Shown: positions 1 to 11,168 of the stretch, in pieces | Layout: every line of letters starts with the position of its first letter | How positions within the stretch are numbered: the first letter of the stretch is position 1 | Assembly (NCBI GenBank): GCA_047495785.1 | Contig: JBLDXI010000019.1 | Coordinates: 2,790,001 to 2,854,000 of the forward strand | DNA length: 64,000 bases | Reading direction: 5' to 3' | Source: Lepidodermella squamata | Lineage: Eukaryota; Animalia; Gastrotricha | The notes under the pieces: model-generated | The model's database searches: none | Seen by the model: the letters and a program-made list of their open reading frames with translations, nothing else | What the model was told of the DNA's origin: nothing | Made by a program: the position numbers and the translations under genes

Positions 1-571
1 TACCGATTCTCGAGTTGATCTGAGCCCGCTGAGGAGCAAGAACGAGTGCAAGATGCGGCTGGCTCAAGTTTCTAAGCAATCGACATTGATTCTCCGATGG
101 ATGGTGGATTTTCCGCTGGATACAACCTGATCCAACGGCAAAAATGGCTTGCCACGTGTCTTTGCGACAAATCCGTCAACTTTGTTAATTTTCTCGTAAT
201 TACGGAATAATAGAATTTAGGGGGTCGTGGGGGTTCGAGGTTAACTGCTTACCTGATTGAAATCTGTGCAAAGTCTGTCTCAAATCTCAAGGGGGGCCAG
301 AGGCCAGACCATGCCATGAAATACTTGGCCTTCGATCTTCGCCTTATAACTCGGTATTTACGTTCAATCTAAAAGTGATATCGTCAATTTCGTCAAAAAA
401 TCATTTGGAATGATCATCTCTGCGCTAGCCTTCCACCCTCTCCAAGCCTCATTGCGTAGCAAACTCACCTCCCGGGTCATTCGGTTTAAACTCAAACCAG
501 TTCCTACCAATTTACACCGGTGCCGGTATAAACCGGTTTTATTCAAGTTCAATAAAAACGGGTTATAATAG

Positions 572-968
572 TATATGTCACATTAAAAGTGTACAATCGT
601 GAAATGTCGACAATTTATAACAAAAGTCGCCATTTAAAGTGTACAATTTGGCAGATCCGTACAACGCCATGTTGACCACAAGGGGTAATCCGCATCGAGG
701 AATCCGAATCCGAATTTGTTTTTTCCATCCGGAATAGTGATCAGAAAAAAATCGATAATCAATCGATATCGATTACGAAAATCGATTATTTTCCAATGAT
801 AGGATAACGATATAAAACTTCTGATATCAGATTCGGATTCCTCGATGCGGATTACCCCTTGTGGTCAACATGGCGTTGTACGGATCTGCCAAATTGTACA
901 CTTTAAATGGCGATTTTTGTTATAAATTGTCGACATTTCACGATTGTACACTTTTAATGTGACATATA
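572..968. mobile_element. Foldback/MITE-like non-autonomous DNA transposon with 139-bp terminal inverted repeats
   Basis: 572-710 (tatatgtcacattaaaagtgtacaatcg...gaatccgaatc) is the reverse complement of 830-968, with one mismatch seen; ~120-bp ATCGAT-rich spacer; TA/TATA at both ends; no coding capacity. Confidence 0.85.
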
Positions 969-1239
969 TATTGGATTCGAAGGAGTACTATAACGCGTTA
1001 TGTTCGACGCGAATCCACTATGTATGTTATCGTTCGGTGGGACAAAACGAGCCGGACCGGGTAGGATAGCTAGACAACAGTGGTGAATTTCTAAAATTAA
1101 TAAATCCATCCTAATATTTTCACTAACGTTTTGCAAAAATCATTACTATTTATTCATTTTTCGATGCCGCGATTTAATTCACGCATCATTTTTGCGGTTG
1201 CTTTCACGGAAAATTGCTTATATGGGACGCCCCGCCTCA

Positions 1240-1839
1240 TTGGAACCCGTGGCTTCAAAGCTGAAGAAGAAGATGAAGAAGCGGACCAAGAGCGTACGCT
1301 GTTCCAGGCAGTTGATTGTGTCTTGTTGCTGGTCTTGCTGCTGTACTACAACGCTGTCCGCGCCTAACAATCGGTTTTGTGGAAGAAGTTCAATTCCGAA
1401 CTGCGAATAGGATCAAAAGAGCGCTCTACAAGAGGGTGAAGTTGGGCGAGCATTCCATCGACGCTTTGGTGAAGAACGCAGTGTCGAAAGCCGGGATTAA
1501 GAAAATTCTCTCCGGCCACTGCGTGCGGAAATGTACCTGGTGGACTAGTTGATGCCCAATGAAGTAATACCAGAAAGGGCGATGCGTAAATGAATGCTCT
1601 TTTCAATACCGAATCTTGAAGCTGGAAGCTTGCCCATCCTCTCTTATAGTTCGGAGATGGAGCAGCCTTTGGATGATCCCAATGCGAGCAATCAACAATA
1701 CAAGCTAGTAGCTGAGTCGAACGGAAATAGGGACGACTTCATCACCCTCTTTCAGTTCCGCCCTCCTACGGACCTTTGCCACGATGCCATACGTTTTGAC
1801 AATTTTGAAAATTTCAATAAAGTAATGATACAGCAATAA
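1240..1839 (+). pseudogene. Degenerate tyrosine-recombinase (Crypton/DUF3504-like) fragment
   Basis: Peptide YKRVKLGEHSIDALVKNAVSKAGIKKILSGHCVR resembles the Crypton YR motif WY..P.G.N.L...MK....AG.....TNHSLR; broken over several frames. Confidence 0.45.
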
Positions 1840-2559
1840 GGATTTGCATCGCTTAGAGCAAAAATGCCGGGCTTTTCCTTATATATTAAAACAAAACTAG
1901 TTAAGAAATAAGAAAAATGCGTGTTCTTTTGGCTAGTACAGTCAGGGAGCGAGTGGTCGAGTTAGGCAATTTGACAAATAAAATTTAAAAAATCCACCTT
2001 AAACGTCTGTTATTTGTATTTTGGCAGTATTTGGATAATTTTGGATAATTTTTGTACCACCGGACGATAACGGCACCGGTGTAAGTCGCAACAGACAAAT
2101 CCGGTTAGATAGTAAGACATCACCAGGAATATGTGGTCCTAGCTGAAAGTATTGGCACAAAGTTCAGCTACAGGAGTTGCGGAGTTGCGGAGTTGCAGGA
2201 AAGACCAGGAGTTGCGTTAGTTATGATAATCAGCTTTGATTCTTAGCGTGAAGGATCATTTGCCGTGTACATGAGGAATTTAGTCTTCATTAGGCGGTAG
2301 CTAGCAGTTATCCGGCTGATGAGGTTGAAAAACTAATGGGCGGATCCGAAATGTATGCCATCAGGACGATAAACATTTTACACCTAGTTTGAATGGCAGA
2401 ATCATTTAATTCGTAGCATAATACATATTATGGTCTATTACAAAAATCCCTCGAATTTTCCCCGCTGTCGCCCCTACTTTAAATCTACACTATTTATATC
2501 ATCTACACTATTTATATCATCTACACTAGCGACCTTCTCCGGACCCCCAGTGCCTCTGG

Positions 2560-3515
2560 CTGTGAATTGGATGCCTATGCTGGCGGTGGTCGGTTCTGGC
2601 GCCTCGTTCCCCGAAGCTGAGATGTGTGCCCAGGCGGAAGTCGATCGCGTCGCCGCTTGGGCCTGTCTGTCGCGGCAGCAATTCAACGCCGGCAAGGTTG
2701 TCGCATTCTCCCGTCGTCCCCCCGGTGTGCGGCTCGTGCTTGGAGGTACTGTCATCCCGCAAGTCCGTGTACTTCGAATTTTGGGCATTCTGTTCGATGA
2801 GAAGTTGACCTGGAAGCCTCATATCGGCCAGGGCTGTCTTTCCGATGGCGCCGCACTGCCTGGCGCTCGTTCGTTCCATCGCCACCTTCGGCTTTGTTTC
2901 CTTTGCGTCTGCTGCGAAGACACAGCTCCGCCGCCTGGATGTGCTTCAAAATTGCTGTCTGCGAGCTTACTCCGTGTCCGCCTCGATGATCGTGTTCGTG
3001 CTATTGCGCTGGAGCAGCGCTGTCGCCTGCCCAGTCTGTCCTCGCACTTACAAGCCATCCAGTGCCGCTATGCCGACAACGTCGTACGCTGCCGCTTCGC
3101 GAAGACATCGAGCATGTTCGGCTTTCCGCATCGCCGCCTGTGAAGTCGCCTGTCTTCCTTCTCAACGCTCGCCTACCGCCCGGCCCGCTACCTGTCCCCC
3201 AATGTTAGTCTCTCTCCTCTGTCCTCTTCTCCTTCCTGCTTATTTCCTTGTTTTTTTTCTTCTCCCGTCCTCCGTCCTCTAACTTCCGTCTCTGGTGTCC
3301 TACCACTAATCACATCCTTCTGGCTTATACTTATACTGTGTCTGATGATTCCGCTCCTTGTGATAATTTCAGCGTGTTATGAAGCGTCCGGTGTTATGAA
3401 AGGCGCACTGTCCCGAACAAGCGCCTTGTCGTGTTGTGCCTGCGCCTTTTTTCTTCCCTTCCAAACTGTATAATTTTCGAAAGGACAAAATAAAAAGCTC
3501 TTCGTTTCGTTTTCA
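2560..3515 (+). mobile_element. 5'-truncated non-LTR retrotransposon (C-terminal RT/thumb region, frameshifted)
   Basis: RVAAWACLSRQQFNAGK...VLRILGILFDEKLTWKPHI, then in another frame ALVRSIATFG...AKTQLRRLDVLQNCCLR; pyrimidine-rich 3' region, AATAAA at ~3489 and a (TTCGT)-like tail. Confidence 0.85.
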
Positions 3516-3705
3516 CACAAGTATTAAAATTAATTTGATTTAAAATTAAAATATAATTTCAAATTCATATTCAAAATAGTGTATAATTATTTTCTTGTAG
3601 ACGCATTCATGGACTCTTTGGACTACTTTGGACTTAACGTGAATCAATATATTCAATAAATTCTTCCTCGACGTTACACTCCTCAAATGTCAAAAATGCC
3701 CGCGA

Positions 3706-6082
3706 TTATATTAGGCTGAGAAGTAGCATGCTCATTGAAGCTAGCCAAGTTATGACCGATAGCGAAAGCATTTGATAGATCGGGTTTGAAGCCAAGATAA
3801 GATGCAACATGAAACCTGCAACGTAGAGTGTCATTAAAATAGCCGCTGTTATTCCCAGAAGCGGTAGCATTTTGTCGCCACGATACTGCCGGGCATGCCT
3901 CAATTGAAGAGCGACAAAGCAAGCGACTATTAGAAGCAGGAAATTTGCGCCGATAAGAGGAATCAGCCAGAGGGCCTCGACGTCGGACGAAAGGATCGAT
4001 ACAAACTCAGATGTTAAAATGTCGTTAATCGGGTCGTACTGTTTATCATTATCCAACTCATAGAAACGATACTTCGCCGGGAAAGTAGTAAACCATGCGA
4101 TAAGATAAATGGCGGAAACAATAATAAACCCAATAGCAGCCTTGTTCAAGTAGGATTTCAATGATTTTTTGTCAATCGGCTTCACCGGGGTTTCCACTGC
4201 CACGGATCGGCTAATTGATGAGAGAGTTAAATGTCTCCGACCTTCACACCCGATAGAAGTCGTATGTGGAGTAGCTTGTGGAGATACCCGCGACAATCTC
4301 ATAATTTTCTGCTTGCGATAACAAAACAGATGGCAAAAGATGCTTACCTGTTGCGAAAATAGCATAAACGAGGTCTATAAACTGAGTCAGAGAATTTCTT
4401 ACTTGGGTCAAAGATAAAGCGAAAGTTCCAAATGTTCGTTGCAGGTAATATATCCGAGCAATCCGCCCAAAGGAATTAGGAAAAGCTAAAGTGATGGACG
4501 CCAAATTGAACATCAGTCCTCCCATGATAGGATAAGGATTGAAATAGAATCCTGGGACGCCTTTCTTTCGGAAAAAAACGTAGACTCTCTTAACGAAGCT
4601 GGCAGCGAAAGACAGAAGGTTAACCGTGGCCATTGCCCAGAAGAAGGATTCTGGAATGGATAACGTGACATTAACTTCGATTCTTCGATCTTGGGGCGGC
4701 TTCCCGTCTGAAGTGTCCCACCTTGGGCTATTATAGTCCTTTCGAATAGAATAGCTTGAGTAACTCAAAGGAGGTGCCGAAGAGTTATATCGGCGAAAAG
4801 TACTGAGTATTATCTGGCCATCGGATTGTGTCCACTGAACCGCAACGAAAAGATCATCGTCCATTTCTAAGCGACTCGAAAACTTGAAATTCCTAATCCT
4901 CAGCCCTGTGAATTCTACATCAGCTATTGATCTGTTTGCTAGTTCCATCAAATCTTTCCCCGAAGAGTTGAGGAGGCTCTCATTTGCCCTTGTCGATTTC
5001 TCCGTTAAATTGAGAGCGATTATTGAGCTGAGGACAGCGTCGTGACAAAAGTACCGCCTATCATAATCTGGGGGACGCCTGTTAGCTGCTCCTCCCCTTT
5101 GAAGCCATTTTGAGTCAAATCGACGCTCAAACTCGTTGGCATTAAATCCAAGTGTCGAATCGGCATATGGGTCCTCATAGTTTCTAGCAGCCTACCCAAC
5201 CCAAAATATATTTTGATACTGTTCAATAACCATTGACTTTGTACAACCGGGGCCAATGGTTTCACCCAATCCTGACAGCTCAATGAAAGCCGTAAAAGGT
5301 GCTACAAAGACATATCGACTACCTTTTATACCCCTTGCATAAGAAGCACAAAGAAATGACAGGAAAGGGGCTGGTAGGGTGATGGAAATATCAATTATTC
5401 GAACATCGGCCTCCAATAGGCTATCCATAACAGAATCATCGATTTCGGAGACAATGTTGAAGTATGCGATTTCGAAGCCATTTCCCAGACCTGTACTTTG
5501 CATAACTGAAGCGCTTAGATAATCAGCTTCGCTTATTGAGCTTGTTAAGATGCCGATGCGATTCCAGCCTCCAATCTCTCGGATGAAGCGCAGGTGAAGA
5601 ACTGCAACGGTATCAGTGCCAGACCGAGTTCTGTATGTATTTGGATTGTGCCTCCGTTGGTTGATCAGAGTCGGGCTATTGCAAGACAAAGCAACGTGAA
5701 CTAAGCCCAGGTGTTTAATTATGGGGGCAATCGCTTTGCACCCGCCTGAAAATTGGGTACCGATGAAGATGGGGGAGAAGAGCTGTTTGTTATCCTCTGA
5801 TTCTCGAAGGAACTTAACGACCTCCCTTAGTACTAAATTACTCGCAGCGCTTTCGTCTCGAAATACCGGCACAACGTTGTAGTTGGGTAAAATGCCACGC
5901 ATGCGATTGACCTCTTCCGTAACAATTTCAGCAGCAATTAAGCACGATTCAGCGGTTCGTGGAGCGTCACCAGTGAGGGGTAGTGTTACTAAGAGGGATA
6001 GATTGTATTGCTTTCGAGCTAATGTTATGGCCCAACAGCTTGCTGCTGCGCATAAAATAGTCCACATGAAATGATGGTCCAT
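3706..6082 (-). pseudogene. GABA-B-receptor-like class C GPCR (signal peptide, Venus-flytrap/ANF-receptor domain, 7TM) with an in-frame TAG; probable pseudogene or null allele
   Basis: AAEIVTEEVNRMRGILPNYNV, CNSPTL...PNTYRT, CHDAVLSSIIALN, DGKPPQD motifs; ORFs 5192-6244 and 4244-4951 share a frame and are separated only by TAG at 5192-5194; one ~55-nt GT-AG intron near 4350-4403; seven hydrophobic segments. Confidence 0.85.
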
Positions 6083-6679
6083 TTGGCAGCTTGAAAACGA
6101 TGTCAGATTTATGATGTATGCGATTGTTAAATAGAAAGAGTCAAAATGTGTGAATCTCCATGCAGCTGTATGATAGGTCAAAGCTTTTTGAGACTTCCAG
6201 GTGATGTCCTCTGTGAACATTACCTCATCGCGCACATGGTACATAAGCTACTTTCAAACGGACCAGCTATCAATTTAGGCAAGTATTGTCGACCTCATTT
6301 CCGAGTGCTCCAGCGACACCTCAGCTTTTGCTACCTTACGAAACTTAAGCCATGCCACAGATGCATCCGGTAGAATTGACGGGAATATTCAAAGCATAGA
6401 CATCATTCAGGCATCCAGTTTCCTTCTTGAGGTGTTTGCGATCAATATGTCAGTGATCCTGGAGCCCCGACATCCGATGTTCAGTCCGATATAAATTACA
6501 CCTACGACTAAAATCTACCCTGATTGTTCCCAGCCCATTCACTAATAATCGCCCATTCCTAATAGTATCACAGGGATCAAATCGACTGTAAAACTTCAAA
6601 AAGGAACCCTGAAAGTCGCAGACTGATTGGATTGGTGAAGAGGAAATTCGGCCTTCTGATGTACTAGTCCGATTTCGCC

Positions 6680-8360
6680 AGTCGGAACGTCAACGAACTA
6701 AGATCGGTTCTTCAACAGGAAATCAATCGGGTTTGTTGCTGGTTGAAATCCAACTCCTTGCAGGTTAACGGTAAAAAGTCGCAATTTTTGATATTGAAAT
6801 GCGCGATGCCTACGGCTCCGGATTTCTGTATTAAAATCGGCGACGCAATTGTTAAGCCGTCAAGTGCAATGGTAACACTTGGCTTTACGATCGACAATAA
6901 ACTGTCTTTCAAGAAGCACATAAATGGTGCCAAAAGCAAAGCAAGAAGAGGTTTGTTTGCTCTCAAGCTGGCCTCGAAGTTCCTAAGTCGTAGGACTGCT
7001 ATCTTAATGGCCAATGGTTTGATATTTAGTCACTTGAATTACGGTGACCTGACCTTGGGCCAAGCTGCCCCGACCACACTGGCCAGGCTTCAATCGACGC
7101 AAGACCGAGCAGTTCGAGTTATTTGTGGCGCTCATCCGCTCGCTGATGCTCAACCACTGCGACATCGCCTTGGCTGAGTTGACGTGGAACAAAAACACGC
7201 CATCCACCTGGCCACCTTCATATGGAAGTGCCTTAACAAGCAAGCACCGGCTGCAATGCAAGCGCTTTTTTGTCTGAACCCGCCTCCCCGATACGAGGTT
7301 CGAAATTCCGAACCCATGTTCAAGCCGAAATGCGACTCAAAACGAGAAATGCTTAGTCTGAGTTACAGCATGAGACGTAGGTAGGACGCCGCAGCTTGAA
7401 CCCCGCCATGCAAACGGGGGTGTCATGCTGGTCTCATGCATGAATATTCAAGAATATTCTTATACTGTAAAAATTAAAATTTCAGGGTTTAAAAAGAAAA
7501 GAAAATTGAATAATCCCTGAAATTTTTATAAATTGAAGCGGGGTCAATTTCAAAAAGGAGAAGAAATGTTCCGGTTCCATAGTTACCAAGCTGGATCCAG
7601 GTTCCAGCCTCGGAGAAGATTTGATTACTTTCAAAAAGCTGGATGATGTGGCAAATCGTATGGGCGGCGAGTTGAACAAAATCAAAGAAAAATCGATCAT
7701 TCTCCCGACTTTGAGCCGCCTCAAATACATCTTGGCACGAAGAACCGTGAGATTTTATCGCGAAAAATTTGGAGCATCCTCCTTATCACTGCGTTCAAGT
7801 CTAAAGCAATTCAAAAAAGACTAATTATTTTCCGTTTTATTTTTGACGATTTTCGTCCGATTTGCTCAGCTTTACCCTTGTGATAGTGAAAATATTTACC
7901 GAAGCAATAACAATCATGATTTTCTAAAATTGATCTATGGTTTCATCTTTTTAATCGTGGCATTTTTTTTCATCTTTTCACTTGCAAAGTAGCACTTACG
8001 GCGTATGAAAGACTCTTTTTTTCTCGAAATTTCATCACAACATCTGGCGCCAAAAGATAATGAGATGATTCATCTCATTCTCAAAACGCGACCTTCGACT
8101 TCATTATCTCTCATTTCACTTTTTTCTCGTAAAAAGCCCAGCTGCGGCGTCCTAGCTACGTCTCATGAGTTACAGAGGTCCCGAACTGTGGAATCAACTG
8201 CCTATTGAGGCACGGCAGGCCGAGTCAGCTGACATATGCCGTTCAATTGCTCACGCTTTTTTCTACAACAAAAATGCCTCTAGTTTAGCACTAGTTAAGA
8301 AAATTAAGTTAACTAGTTTAGAAAATTGCGAAAGGGAAGAAACAAAAAGGATGTGTTAAA
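6680..8360 (+). mobile_element. 5'-truncated CR1/L2-group LINE (ORF2 3' end), interrupted by a DNA transposon
   Basis: CWLKSNSLQVNGKKSQ...LGFTIDNKLSFKKHI...LIFSHLNYGD...LQSTQDRAVRVI; internal TGA at 7175; removing 7369-8175 rejoins LSLSY|RGPELWNQLP. Confidence 0.9.
7369..8167. mobile_element. Non-autonomous DNA transposon, ~28-bp TIRs and 8-bp TSD (P-element or hAT superfamily)
   Basis: Left catgagacgtaggtaggacgccgcagct and right agctgcggcgtcctagctacgtctcatg (1 mismatch); TSD AGTTACAG at 7361-7368 and 8168-8175. Confidence 0.92.
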
Positions 8361-8678
8361 GTGTATTTTAAGGTTGATTCTTTTTTATTTAAGCAAAACG
8401 TATTCAGACACCAAGGGTATGAGTTGAGACATACTATCCAGATTTCGAGCAAGGAATCCTTAACTTGTTTCACGGACAAAATCGCGATTTCAGCCCTTGA
8501 ATATATCGCTTCCGCCTACGCTCCCTCGACAACATTAAGGAAAGAACCGGCTCATGGTAAACCGAATAGAAGTCAATCGTAACTCTAAGCAACTCAATTT
8601 TCCCAAATTGTTTTTCAAAATGGCAAAGCAAAATTTATCAATCGACATACAAAATATGCAGGCGGGATTGTCGTGTCT

Positions 8679-9332
8679 TCACAGCGGCGGTAGATAAACA
8701 ACATTGTACCCACTTTCCTTATAAATGCTGTAATCCGCATGGTAACGGGCTCTATTGTGAGCGTTGACAATTCCAGGCCCAACACCAAGAGCTATATGGG
8801 CCATGCCATTTACTACCAAAACATTCGGAAGATCAACATAGGTTTTCACAGCGTCGTAGTCGCACTTCTGGCCCTTGCAATATTCATCCATTACCACTGA
8901 TGTGCCGTTTGTCAATTTACGGGTGACGTTGTACTTGCAAGTTCCAGGTGTGCAAGCATCGCAAACTCGCCAGCCCAAGGCGGGTAGGGCCTCAGCTAAA
9001 CCTCCCTTAGTGCTTCTCAGGTTTGGACTGTGTTTGCTTGCACAGGTCAAACAGTACTTTTTCTTCCCAACAGCGTAATTCCAGTAGGCATTGATCGGGT
9101 CGAGCGGGCCAAGACGTGGCAGGTAACCACCAGCAGCTAGGGATCGAGCGACATATTCGGCACATTTGAAGGTATCCGGAGCTTTGGCACCTTCCTCAAC
9201 TCGGACTGTACAGTTTAGGTCTATGCAATCCCAGTAAGCGTCAGCCCAGGCTAAAGTTGCCGCTGGATCTACAGCGGAACATGATCCTGTGAAGGAAATA
9301 GCTAGTAATAACGATACAAATATGTATTTCAT
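8679..9332 (-). CDS. Secreted Cys-rich NlpC/P60-fold (Amidase_6-like) putative amidase, copy 1; intronless, 217 aa
   Basis: Signal peptide MKYIFVSLLLAISFTGSCSA; LAWADAYW, FKCAEYVARSLAAGG (Cys), MAHIALGVG (His), VNAHN (His); TATAAAA ~40 bp upstream. Confidence 0.8.
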   Translation of the reverse strand: MKYIFVSLLLAISFTGSCSAVDPAATLAWADAYWDCIDLNCTVRVEEGAKAPDTFKCAEYVARSLAAGGYLPRLGPLDPINAYWNYAVGKKKYCLTCASKHSPNLRSTKGGLAEALPALGWRVCDACTPGTCKYNVTRKLTNGTSVVMDEYCKGQKCDYDAVKTYVDLPNVLVVNGMAHIALGVGPGIVNAHNRARYHADYSIYKESGYNVVYLPPL

Positions 9333-10040
9333 GTTTTCAAATGATGAAAATAGTGTAAAGCACAAGCAATTTTATAGCTATTAGCAGCTGTGATTATAAT
9401 TTATCTCTTGGCGTGGAACCTGGCGAGCGTGTTTGTTCTGCTTAAGTGATGAAAGCACCTTAAGGGAAAGAGTTCACGACTTGCGTCAGTCCTATCCAAG
9501 ATAACTGCCGGCAATTAGGACACTCTATTAACAGCTGCTTTCTCACAGCATAGCTAGTTTTTAATCTGAGTGACATAAAAAAGCGCCTTTCTTAGCTTAT
9601 AATGCCCTAGAAAACATTATCTATAATTCCGAGTGGCCTAGTTTCCTGGCGCAAAACAATAGGCATCATGACTAAAATTGGCAGAGTTAATCTTCTTGGA
9701 TAAAACATACCCTGACTTGAGATGAATCGTCTCGATAAAGCAGAACATGGAACGAAGTTGAGACAAGACTAAACAAAGTCTCATTGGCGGAATTGCGGAA
9801 ATGTATCTACCTAAGGGGGTATTATCTTTCTTTCTGCTCTGCAGATGGCAACGCAGACTCAAAAGAAGAGCCATCTTATTCAAGCAAAACACAATGTAGT
9901 TATCATATCCACGCCAGGTACCACCATAGTATTCAGTTTTATTTTTATCATCTCGGAGCAAACCTCATCCGTTGTGAATTATTGAAAACTATAACTGTTA
10001 TTACAGTTAGAGCTTCGCCATAATTATATAGGCTTACAAC

Positions 10041-10697
10041 TTACAAAGGCGGCAGGTACACCGCACTGTAGCCAACTGACTTATAAACGCTGTAATCCGC
10101 ATGATTACGGGCACTGTTGTGAGCGCTCAGAATTCCAGGCCCAACGCCAAGAGCCGCGTGACCCATGCTGATAACCATCAACACATTCGGAAGATCAACA
10201 CAGCTTTTCACAGCAGTGTAGTCGCACGTTTGACCAGTGCAATACTCATCCATGACAACTGAGGTGCCATTGGTTAAGGTTCTAGTGACGTTATACTGGC
10301 AAGTTCCAGGTACGCAAGCAGGTTGACACAATCTCCATCCTAAGGCGGGCAGGGCCTCAGCTAAACCTCCCTTGACACTTTGCAAGTTGGGGCTGTGTTT
10401 GCTTGCGCAGGTCAAACAGTACTTCTTGCTGCCAATAGCGTAATTCCAATACGAGTTTATGGGGTCAAGAGGGCCGAGACCTGGCAAATAGCCACCAGCC
10501 GCGAGGGAGCGAGCTACAAATTCAGCGCATTTGAAGGTATCAGGGGCTGGGGTTAATTCCGGAACTCGCACTGTACAGTTCAAGTCTATGCAATCCCAGT
10601 AAGCGTCAGCCCAAGCCAAAGTTGACGAAGGATTGACGGCGGAAGAGCAGGACCCAGCCAGTGACAACGTAACCAACGTTACCAAATAGAAAGTCAT
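10041..10697 (-). CDS. Secreted Cys-rich NlpC/P60-fold (Amidase_6-like) putative amidase, copy 2; intronless, 218 aa
   Basis: Tandem paralog of 8679-9332; FKCAEFVARSLAAGG, MGHAALGVG, LSAHN; all Cys of copy 1 conserved. Confidence 0.8.
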   Translation of the reverse strand: MTFYLVTLVTLSLAGSCSSAVNPSSTLAWADAYWDCIDLNCTVRVPELTPAPDTFKCAEFVARSLAAGGYLPGLGPLDPINSYWNYAIGSKKYCLTCASKHSPNLQSVKGGLAEALPALGWRLCQPACVPGTCQYNVTRTLTNGTSVVMDEYCTGQTCDYTAVKSCVDLPNVLMVISMGHAALGVGPGILSAHNSARNHADYSVYKSVGYSAVYLPPL

Positions 10698-11168
10698 GGC
10701 GAAATTTAAAAAAATGGGTATCAAACAGTTGAAAGAAATGAAATGATGCAGTGTTAGTTCGATCTAACATGGCGGGGTTTTATGACAACATGTTTGTTCA
10801 GCAGATTTCATCCATGCACTCGGATCCAGGCAGCTCAGGAAATGATTACCAACATTCGCGTCATTCCTATTTAATGTCGGCATAGTTTCTTTAAGCAGCT
10901 GCTGTTTTTAAGCATTCAGGGTTCGCTTTTTGCCCTCCATCCAGGCATATAGAAAAGTTTAATCAGAACTAGAATCAGACTTCCTATATTTCTACATCGG
11001 CGTCATCCTATTCACTGTCGGCATAGTTCTTAGCACTTTCTTGCATTCATAGTTTACTTTTCGCTCTTGATCTAGTTATATCAAAAGAAAAAATGAATCA
11101 GAACTGGAATAATAATTCTAGAGCTCTGAAATGCATCAAATACATTTCCGTCATAATGATTTGTTGCT

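Noticed and set aside
2170-2527. Short direct repeats (GGAGTTGC)n and an 18-bp tandem duplication as a CRISPR-like array
   Set aside because: No unique spacers, eukaryotic context; simple tandem repeats
3706-5194. Alternative genetic code (TAG/TAA as sense) suggested by the GPCR stop
   Set aside because: The CYPs, GSTs and amidase-like genes end at TAA/TAG/TGA at homologous positions and have no internal stops
5184-5195. 12-nt GTAGGCTGCTAG as a micro-intron removing the TAG in frame
   Set aside because: Far below the ~47-55 nt minimum intron size seen in this window
9638-10023. ORFs between the two amidase-like genes
   Set aside because: No homology to the neighbours or known motifs; likely spurious
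10856-11120. Degenerate ~150-bp tandem duplication
   Set aside because: Non-coding and diverged; no evidence of function
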